32,000 nt of DNA from Candidatus Electronema halotolerans (GTDB lineage: Bacteria; Desulfobacterota; Desulfobulbia; Desulfobulbales; Desulfobulbaceae), in contig OW818675.1 of NCBI GenBank assembly GCA_942493095.1, positions 1,950,001-1,982,000 of the forward strand, written 5' to 3'. Every line of letters begins with the position of its first letter. The stretch's first letter is position 1. Below are positions 25,644 to 32,000 of this stretch, piece by piece. The translations under genes were made by a program, and so were the position numbers. The notes below the pieces were generated by a model. It was given only the letters and a program-made list of their open reading frames with translations, searched no databases and was not told the origin of the DNA.

Positions 25644-26234
25644 CTACAGCCGCAGCACCACATGCACCACATCCGGGTCTTCGCCGCTCGTGCTGATATT
25701 GAAGCCGAGCTTGGCAGCCAGGGTGAGCATGTCATTATTAGTAGAGAGCACATCGCCTTCCATGAGCTGCAAACCATGACTGCGGGCCGCAGCAAGGAGT
25801 TGCTGCATGAGCAGATGGGCAATGCCTTGCCGCTGCCATTCATCGGCCACGACAATGGCGAATTCGCAGCTCCGGCCATCCGGGTTGATGCTGTAGCGGG
25901 CCAGCATCTGCGGACTGAGTTCGTCAATCGCCTGCATGAAGCGGAAATACTTGCTCTGCTCAGAGAGATTGCGGACAAATTCCTGCTCCATGTCCGCATC
26001 CTCTGGCCGGATGGGCCGGATGACCATGTCCATGCCATTGGGCAGCTGCCGCTTGGTGACAAAATGGGCTGGATACGGATAAATAGCCATGTGGCTGTAG
26101 CGGTCGGAAGTCATCGCGTGAAAATCAACCACGATCCGCGCATCCACGGCCATTGCCCCGTGCTCATCGACAATCAGGGGGTTGATGTCCAGCTCCTTGA
26201 CCAAGGGCAGCTCGCAGGCGATTTCCGAGACCCG
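25644..26234 (-). repeat. direct repeat copy A of the pat 3' end
   Basis: Manual alignment to 28759-29439: about 17 mismatches in 25644-25842, 1 mismatch in 25843-26234, plus a 90-nt gap. Confidence 0.9.
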
Positions 26235-26249
26235 CAGAGACAGTGTCAA
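25644..26249 (-). pseudogene. displaced 3' fragment of the pat (acyl-CoA synthetase-like/GNAT acetyltransferase) gene, with an internal 90-nt deletion
   Basis: 591 nt (25644-26234) align to 28759-29439 of the intact gene. There is only a TTG 'start', no RBS, and the homology begins mid-domain. 30 codons of the GNAT core (FTQIDYSREMGLISVVHGAEDKEKQIGVAR) are missing. Confidence 0.8.
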
Positions 26250-26260
26250 GATGCAAAATA

Positions 26261-26956
26261 TTACAATACTCTGTAGAGAAATACTTCATGGGGGACAGAA
26301 CAGCCGTTCAGCAGTTTTCTATGTGTATATTTTTGACGATCAAGGATCGTGAACTGTTCCTGCTTATCCATCCATTGCAAAATTTCTTGTCTATTCTTAT
26401 GAAAAGGATCATCAACTAAATTAAAAGCAATATAGGCGGGTTCTTTCAGTAAATCTGTATAAAGCTGATAGTCTTTCAGGGCTAAATGGTTTGCTGCTCC
26501 GCAGATTATTAAGCAGTTGATATTTTTTTTCTTCAGTTCTGACAGGTCATCTTCTGGAAACAAGAAGCATCTGTTATAAATACCGGGCGTATCGCGATTC
26601 AAGGCTTTCAGTGCTTCCGCTGTAATTTCAACACCGGCAAGGTACTGTACAGCGAGGGAAGGACTGTCGATTATTTTCTTTCCCATAAGTCCGCTGCCAC
26701 AGGCAATGTCTGCTATTCTCAGAGGCAGTCTTTTGGGGATAAAGGAGATCAGAATTTTTTCAATGGCATCATAAACCCCACATTTCAAAAAATCTACAAT
26801 CAGTTGACGATAAAGATCAGGATAACTGTAGAGGAACGGGTAATCCCAAATATGAAATTCCCTGCTCGTCCCATCTGAAAACTGCACTTCAAGCAGTTCG
26901 TCCCCCTGCTTTCCTGTTCTGATGCTGCTGAACATATACATACGATTATTGCACAT
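26261..26956 (-). CDS. class I SAM-dependent methyltransferase (substrate unknown)
   Basis: 231 aa. Motif I region RIADIACGSGLMGKKI. AT-rich. Overlaps the upstream PLP-enzyme gene by 11 nt. Confidence 0.65.
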   Translation of the reverse strand: MCNNRMYMFSSIRTGKQGDELLEVQFSDGTSREFHIWDYPFLYSYPDLYRQLIVDFLKCGVYDAIEKILISFIPKRLPLRIADIACGSGLMGKKIIDSPSLAVQYLAGVEITAEALKALNRDTPGIYNRCFLFPEDDLSELKKKNINCLIICGAANHLALKDYQLYTDLLKEPAYIAFNLVDDPFHKNRQEILQWMDKQEQFTILDRQKYTHRKLLNGCSVPHEVFLYRVL

Positions 26957-27908
26957 CTATCTTCTGCTCCTGTAGAAAATCAGGATTATATATTTTTGAC
27001 AAATACTTGATACCGTGATCGTAGAGGATGGTGATAATAACTCCTTTATCTATCTGTTTGCTCAATTTTTGACAGGCAGCAAGATTCAATCCACTGCTGC
27101 CGCCGACAAAGAATCCTTCTGTTTTTGCAAGCTGGTGACAGCAATTGACTGCCTCCTTATCAGAAATATCAATCACATCATCAATTAAAGAGAAATCAGT
27201 ACAGCTTGTTGGCTTCATTTTTCCCGCTCCTTCAATAAGGTATTTCTTTTTTTTGGAGATTTTAACAGACTGTTTTCTGTATTTTCGATAATGTCCGGAA
27301 AGGCATGAATGCAGAGGATCGGCAAGTATCACCTTAATGTCTCTATTTTTCTCCTTTAGATATCGTGCTGTTCCAGCAATGCAGCCAAAGGTTGAAGAAG
27401 TCATGACTAGAAAGTTCACCTTTCCACAACTTTGCTTCCATATTTCAGGACCAAGAGAGGAATAGTAGGCGTACGGGTTGTCAGGATTGTCATACTGATT
27501 AATATCAAAATAGCCATTTCTTTTTGCAAGTTCCATTGCATATTCTATATAGTCATCTGTCACAATAAGACGGGCGTTAAAAGCTCGAATATGATCCTGC
27601 TTTTCGCGACTGCATTTTTCAGAGGTGACAATAACCACCTTGTATCCTTTCACTGCTCCCAGCATCGCGAGACTCAACCCGGTATTCCCGCTTGAAGCGC
27701 ATATAACTGTGTCCCCTGGATGAAGTTTTTTTTCACATTCAGCTCGCAGTAAGATATATTTAATCATACGATCTTTCATGCTCAGGCCGGGATTCATAAA
27801 TTCACACTTTGCATAGAGCGAAACAGACCTGTCCAGTATTGAACTCAAATCAACCAACGGAGTGTTTCCGATGAGATCAACAAGTTTTTTTGGAGCCGGG
27901 ACAATCAT
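26946..27908 (-). CDS. PLP-dependent cysteine synthase/cystathionine beta-synthase family enzyme (CysK/CysM/SbnA-like)
   Basis: 320 aa. IGNTPLVDL, PLP-lysine motif NPGLSMKDR, asparagine-loop SSGNTGLSLA, C-terminal GGSSG. The usual glycine-rich phosphate loop (GxGTGGT) reads TSSTFGCIAG. Confidence 0.85.
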   Translation of the reverse strand: MIVPAPKKLVDLIGNTPLVDLSSILDRSVSLYAKCEFMNPGLSMKDRMIKYILLRAECEKKLHPGDTVICASSGNTGLSLAMLGAVKGYKVVIVTSEKCSREKQDHIRAFNARLIVTDDYIEYAMELAKRNGYFDINQYDNPDNPYAYYSSLGPEIWKQSCGKVNFLVMTSSTFGCIAGTARYLKEKNRDIKVILADPLHSCLSGHYRKYRKQSVKISKKKKYLIEGAGKMKPTSCTDFSLIDDVIDISDKEAVNCCHQLAKTEGFFVGGSSGLNLAACQKLSKQIDKGVIITILYDHGIKYLSKIYNPDFLQEQKIDVQ

Positions 27909-28639
27909 CCTGCATTCCTCCTGAACTCTATAACGTAAATTTTTTTATTCCATTCACCGTTCTTTTTGCTGATTTCACGCCGTTGCCGCTCGTCTTCAGA
28001 CATTTTTCCGACAGCAGGATAAAAAATTTGCCGGAGAGGCACTATAGCTGCGCATTTTTTTACCACAGTCAGGCCACGGTCTCCAGCATCTTTCAGAATA
28101 TTATCAGGCAGCAATACTGATGATATCCCCAGATAGGCGCGGGTTTGCCTATGCAGGCATGAGGCCAGCCATTCTGTAAACTGATCAATCAAATGTCGTC
28201 CGTCAGCTCCTCCGTCACGAAAAATACGTTCCCGACCATCTCTGTATGTATCAATGGGAACCAAGTCCGTCGGTAGCTGCGGCGGATTGAAAAAAATCGC
28301 ATCTATCTGATATTGAGACAGTTCAATGTCTTGGAAAGGTGTATTGAGCAGCCTGTATGCAGACTCCGGGATACGATGACGCTGTAGATTTCGCTGCGTT
28401 AAACGAATAGCATCCTTCTGGAGATCGTTAAAATAAACAAAGCCGCTCCCGTTGAGCAGCGCGTACAGACCGACAATACCGCTTCCGCAGCCGATATCCA
28501 GCAGACATCTCGGGCAATCAAAAGACAGGGCTTCGCACATCAGTCTGCTGAATGGGGTTTTGTCTGGGATGCCTTCATTACCGTACAGATGAACAGCATC
28601 AAAACATGCACCCCTAACGCCTTTTTTTTCTTTGTTCAT
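27905..28639 (-). CDS. SAM-dependent methyltransferase of the HemK/'MTS' small-domain type with an NPPQ motif IV
   Basis: 244 aa. Motif I LLDIGCGSGIVG, acidic loop YFNDL, motif IV IFFNPPQLP (a variant of (D/N)PP(Y/F)), then RDGGADGRHLIDQF. ATGA overlap with the downstream PLP-enzyme gene. Confidence 0.7.
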   Translation of the reverse strand: MNKEKKGVRGACFDAVHLYGNEGIPDKTPFSRLMCEALSFDCPRCLLDIGCGSGIVGLYALLNGSGFVYFNDLQKDAIRLTQRNLQRHRIPESAYRLLNTPFQDIELSQYQIDAIFFNPPQLPTDLVPIDTYRDGRERIFRDGGADGRHLIDQFTEWLASCLHRQTRAYLGISSVLLPDNILKDAGDRGLTVVKKCAAIVPLRQIFYPAVGKMSEDERQRREISKKNGEWNKKIYVIEFRRNAG

Positions 28640-28694
28640 GATAACAGGCTTTCAATATGCTTGCAGGTAAAAAAACAGAAAACACAAGTCATCT

Positions 28695-28728
28695 CGTTCC
28701 AACGCTCAAGCATGTCAGCGTTGGAACG
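28695..28728 (-). terminator. 12-bp perfect hairpin downstream of pat (putative terminator)
   Basis: cgttccaacgct (28695-28706) and agcgttggaacg (28717-28728) are exact reverse complements, 30 nt after the pat stop. A U-rich tract follows, but the U7 run is about 20 nt away, so this is non-canonical. Confidence 0.4.
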
Positions 28729-28758
28729 CATGAACCATGCCACCAAATTGCGGCAGCT

Positions 28759-29439
28759 TTAGAGCCGCAGCACCACATGGACCACATCCGGGTCTTCATC
28801 GCTGTTGCTGATGTTGAAGCCGAGTTTGGCCGCCAAGGTGAGCATGTCATTATTAGTAGAGAGCACATCGCCTTCCATGAGCCGCAAACCATGACTGCGG
28901 GCTGCGGCAAGGAGCTGCTGCATGAGCAGATGGGCAATGCCCTGCCGCTGCCATTCGTCGGCCACGACAATGGCGAATTCGCAGCTCCGGCCATCCGGGT
29001 TGATGCTGTAGCGGGCCACGCCGATCTGTTTTTCCTTGTCCTCCGCACCATGCACCACGGAAATCAGCCCCATCTCCCGGCTGTAGTCGATCTGGGTGAA
29101 GCGGGCCAGCATCTGCGGACTGAGTTCGTCAATCGCCTGCATGAAGCGGAAATACTTGCTCTGCTCAGAGAGATTGCGGACAAATTCCTGCTCCATGTCC
29201 GCATCCTCTGGCCGGATGGGCCGGATGACCATGTCCATGCCATTGGGCAGCTGCCGCTTGGTGACAAAATGGGCTGGATATGGATAAATAGCCATGTGGC
29301 TGTAGCGGTCGGAAGTCATCGCGTGAAAATCAACCACGATCCGCGCATCCACGGCCATTGCCCCGTGCTCATCGACAATCAGGGGGTTGATGTCCAGCTC
29401 CTTGACCAAGGGCAGCTCGCAGGCGATTTCCGAGACCCG
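28759..29439 (-). repeat. direct repeat copy B of the pat 3' end (inside the intact gene)
   Basis: See copy A. The homology ends abruptly at 29439/26234 and at the stop codons (TAA versus TAG). Confidence 0.9.
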
Positions 29440-31437
29440 GAGCAGGACATGCTCCAAGGCTTCCATGTCAACCTTGGGCATGTGCCGGAACGCGCCCAGC
29501 AGCTTGAAAACTCTGGTGCTCTGAATCAGGTCTTGGACCAAGCGGCGATTGAGCGGCGGCAGGGTCACGGCCCGGTCGCCCATCACCTCGACCGAAATGC
29601 CGCCCGCGCCAAAGGTGATCACCGGGCCAAAGACCGGGTCTGTGACCAAGCCGACCAGCAGCTCCCGGCCATTGGGCCGCTGAAGCATGGGCTGAATGGT
29701 CACGCCGTCAATGCGGGCTTCGGGCCGGTTCCGGCGCACCTCGGCCAGCATCTCGTTGTAGGCGCTGCGGGCTGCCTGGGCATTGCTGATCCCAAGCCGC
29801 ACGCCGCCCGCATCTGACTTGTGGGTGATGTCGGGCGAATTGATTTTCAGGGCCACGGGAAAGCCGATGGTCTCAGCCTGGACCAAGGCCTCGTTGGGCG
29901 AGCGGACTATGCTGGCCGGAGTGGTCGGAATATGGAAAGCATGCAGCACCGCCTTGGACTCAGCCTCACTGAGCACCTTGCGGCCCTCTGCCAGCACGCT
30001 CTCGATGATCAGGCGCGCCCCTTCCACATCCGGTGCCCTGTCCCGCGAGATCGGCCCCGGCGTTTCCAACAGCAGCTTCTGGTTCCGGCCATGATTGACC
30101 AAGTAGGAAAAGGCATCCACCGCTGTTTCCGGGGTGTTGAAGGTCGGGATGTTGGCATCGCGGAAAATGCGGCGGCCTTCGCCAACCTGAATTTCCCCCA
30201 TCCAGCAGGTCAGGAGCGGCTTTTTGCCCGTGTTCAGCTCGACCAGTGACTGGGCCACGCCTGCCGGGTCGGTCATGGCCTGCGGAGTGAGAATGACCAG
30301 CAGACCATCGACATTGGGATCATCCATGCAGATGGACACAGCTTGGGCATAGCGTTCCGGGGTCGCATCACCAATAATGTCAACCGGATTGCTGTGCGAC
30401 CACGTTGCAGGCAGGACTTCGTTCAGCCGCTTCATGGTCTCTTTGGACAGCTCGGCCAAAGGTAGGCCCAGATCAGCCAGCCGGTCTGTGGCCATCACCC
30501 CTGGGCCGCCGCCATTGGTGACAATTGCCAGCCGGTCGCCATCCGCCTTAGTCGGAAAGGTCAGGATGGCGGCGGCAGAGAAGAGATTGGCGATGCGCAG
30601 GCCGCGCACCACCCCTGCCCGCCGCAAGGCGCTGTCAAACACGTCATCCGCCCCGACCAGTGCGCCGGTGTGCGACATGGCCGCCTTGGAGCCGCTGGCG
30701 TGCCGTCCCACTTTCAAGGCAATGACCGGCTTGAAGCGGGCCGCTGCCCGCAGGCCGCTCATAAAGGACAAGGCGTTGTGAATGCCTTCGATATACAGCA
30801 AGATGCTCTTGGTCTTGGGGTCATTGACTAAGTAATCGAGCACATCGCCAAAGTCGATGTCGGCGGAAATGCCGGTCGAAACCACAGCGGAAAAGCCGAT
30901 CTTGTTGGCAGCAGCCCAGTCAAGAATGGCCGTGCAGAGCGCGCCGGACTGCGAAACAAGGGCAATATTGCCCGGCGCGGCCACGCCCTTGTTGAAGGTG
31001 CAGTTCAGACCGGTGGCAGGCCGCATGATGCCGAGGCAGTTTGGCCCGACAAAGCGCAGGCCGTGGCGGCGGGCGTTCTCCAAGACCGCCTGCTCCAGTT
31101 TCAGGCCCTGCTGCCCGACCTCGCGGAAACCTGCTGAGATGATCACTGCCGAGCGGATGCCGTAGCTGCCGCAGGCTTCGATAATGGCAGGCACGGTTGC
31201 CGCCGGAGTGGTGATCACGGCCAGATCAACCGGCTGGCCAAGGCTCTTCAGGTCAGGATAGGCTTTGCGGCCTTGCACCTCCTCGTGCTTGGGGTTGACC
31301 GGAAAGACCTCGCCCTTGAAGCCGCCTTCAATCATGTTTTTGAAGACCAGATTGCCCACCGCCCCTTCGCGGTCGCTGGCACCGAAGACCGCGACTGAGC
31401 GCGGTTCAAACAGCTTGTTGAGATAGTGCTTGCCCAT
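28759..31437 (-). CDS. pat: Pat-type bifunctional NDP-forming acyl-CoA synthetase-like / GNAT protein acetyltransferase
   Basis: 892 aa. N-terminal CoA-binding/succinyl-CoA-synthetase-like region (PRSVAVFGASDREGAVGN...VNPK...VGPNCLG), ATP-grasp middle region, C-terminal GNAT (IVVADEWQRQGIAHLLM). AAGGAA RBS. Confidence 0.88.
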   Translation of the reverse strand: MGKHYLNKLFEPRSVAVFGASDREGAVGNLVFKNMIEGGFKGEVFPVNPKHEEVQGRKAYPDLKSLGQPVDLAVITTPAATVPAIIEACGSYGIRSAVIISAGFREVGQQGLKLEQAVLENARRHGLRFVGPNCLGIMRPATGLNCTFNKGVAAPGNIALVSQSGALCTAILDWAAANKIGFSAVVSTGISADIDFGDVLDYLVNDPKTKSILLYIEGIHNALSFMSGLRAAARFKPVIALKVGRHASGSKAAMSHTGALVGADDVFDSALRRAGVVRGLRIANLFSAAAILTFPTKADGDRLAIVTNGGGPGVMATDRLADLGLPLAELSKETMKRLNEVLPATWSHSNPVDIIGDATPERYAQAVSICMDDPNVDGLLVILTPQAMTDPAGVAQSLVELNTGKKPLLTCWMGEIQVGEGRRIFRDANIPTFNTPETAVDAFSYLVNHGRNQKLLLETPGPISRDRAPDVEGARLIIESVLAEGRKVLSEAESKAVLHAFHIPTTPASIVRSPNEALVQAETIGFPVALKINSPDITHKSDAGGVRLGISNAQAARSAYNEMLAEVRRNRPEARIDGVTIQPMLQRPNGRELLVGLVTDPVFGPVITFGAGGISVEVMGDRAVTLPPLNRRLVQDLIQSTRVFKLLGAFRHMPKVDMEALEHVLLRVSEIACELPLVKELDINPLIVDEHGAMAVDARIVVDFHAMTSDRYSHMAIYPYPAHFVTKRQLPNGMDMVIRPIRPEDADMEQEFVRNLSEQSKYFRFMQAIDELSPQMLARFTQIDYSREMGLISVVHGAEDKEKQIGVARYSINPDGRSCEFAIVVADEWQRQGIAHLLMQQLLAAARSHGLRLMEGDVLSTNNDMLTLAAKLGFNISNSDEDPDVVHVVLRL

Positions 31438-31474
31438 GAGAAGTTCCTTATAGCGGTTTCGTATTGAACAGATA

Positions 31475-32000
31475 TCAAACCCAGCAATGACGGAAAAACG
31501 ATTTGATTGATTTTGACTTAACCGTTTTCAGAGATATATCATAAGCTTCCATCAGCTCACGCTCTGTTCTCGGCTTCAATTTTCTTATAGTGTTTTTCAT
31601 TACTGACCAGCAGTATTCAATAGGGTTCAGTTCAGGACGATAAGGAGGGAGGAAAATGATCTTCGCTCCTGTACTTCTGATCAAAGCGAGAGCTTCTTTG
31701 TTTTTATGAGGACTGGCATTGTCAAGAACGACTGTCTTGCTGCTGTCAAGATATTTCAAAAGATAATTTTTTATATAGAAATAAAAGACATCTCCTGTCA
31801 TGGTGCCTTTAAATTTCATGCACTTCAATATTTTTCCAAACTTTACAGCTCCTATCATGCTTATTCTTTTCCCTTTACCTGAAGGTCTTTTTGAAAAAGC
31901 TCTTGTTCCTTTTCTTGATCTTGCAAATTTTCTCGACATGTTCAAACAGCATCCTGTCTCATCAATAAAGATGAAATTCTTTTTGTCAGCCTCGAGCAGG
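31475..32000 (-). mobile_element. IS630/Tc1-mariner family DDE transposase (C-terminal catalytic part; runs off the right edge)
   Basis: The frame stays open to the window edge: LLEADKKNFIFIDETGCCLNMSRKF...VVLDNASPHKN...IFLPPYRPELNPIEYCWSVMK. These are the DDE_3 motifs (DE..., D..., PPYSPELNPIE-like). AT-rich relative to pat. Confidence 0.85.

Noticed and set aside
25644-26249. Reading the pat fragment as a functional stand-alone GNAT acetyltransferase
   Set aside because: It has only a TTG at the ORF start and no RBS. Homology begins mid-domain, and 30 core GNAT residues are deleted. Calling it a pseudogene remnant is more parsimonious, though expression has not been excluded.
28657-29817. 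386-aa plus-strand ORF and its look-alike at 25662-26276 (204 aa)
   Set aside because: Both are antisense shadows of the pat gene and its duplicated fragment. Their mutual similarity only reflects the DNA repeat.
1-32000. CRISPR arrays, rRNA genes, additional tRNAs, integrase or toxin-antitoxin pairs
   Set aside because: By eye I found no regularly spaced short repeats, no rRNA-like sequence, no further cloverleaf candidates, and no tyrosine or serine recombinase motifs in any listed ORF.

Overview
32-kb window from a moderately GC-rich bacterial chromosome (high-50s % GC by eye, no computation), with several clearly AT-rich inserts. All calls rest on reading the ORF translations and the DNA directly; no database search was possible. 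Blocks, left to right: (1) On the minus strand, the conserved translation/RNA operon tRNA-Gly(CCC)-rimP-nusA-ylxR-infB-rbfA-DHH phosphoesterase-truB-rpsO-pnp. pnp is cut by the left edge. An AT-rich signal-peptide/membrane ORF sits between rpsO and pnp. (2) On the plus strand, a PHP phosphoesterase overlaps a sigma-54 enhancer-binding response regulator (PilR-like). Next come two tandem FimT/GspH-like pseudopilin paralogs, each behind its own exact-spacing -24/-12 promoter, then PilW-, PilV- and PilX-like minor pilins. The block ends with a 2182-aa PilY1-like protein whose vWA domain is interrupted by three CBM5/12-like repeats and which carries several EF-hand/TSP3-like Ca loops. (3) On the minus strand, zwf and ispDF, with a DUF262/DUF1524 (GmrSD-like) nuclease gene whose stop overlaps the ispDF start. 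(4) The most unusual locus is an AT-rich three-gene operon (SAM methyltransferase, CysK-like PLP enzyme, SAM methyltransferase). It is bracketed by a direct duplication of the 3' end of a Pat-type acyl-CoA synthetase/GNAT gene. The displaced copy has a 90-nt in-frame deletion, and identity between the copies is mosaic. (5) An IS630-family transposase abuts the pat start and runs off the right edge. No CRISPR array or rRNA was seen.
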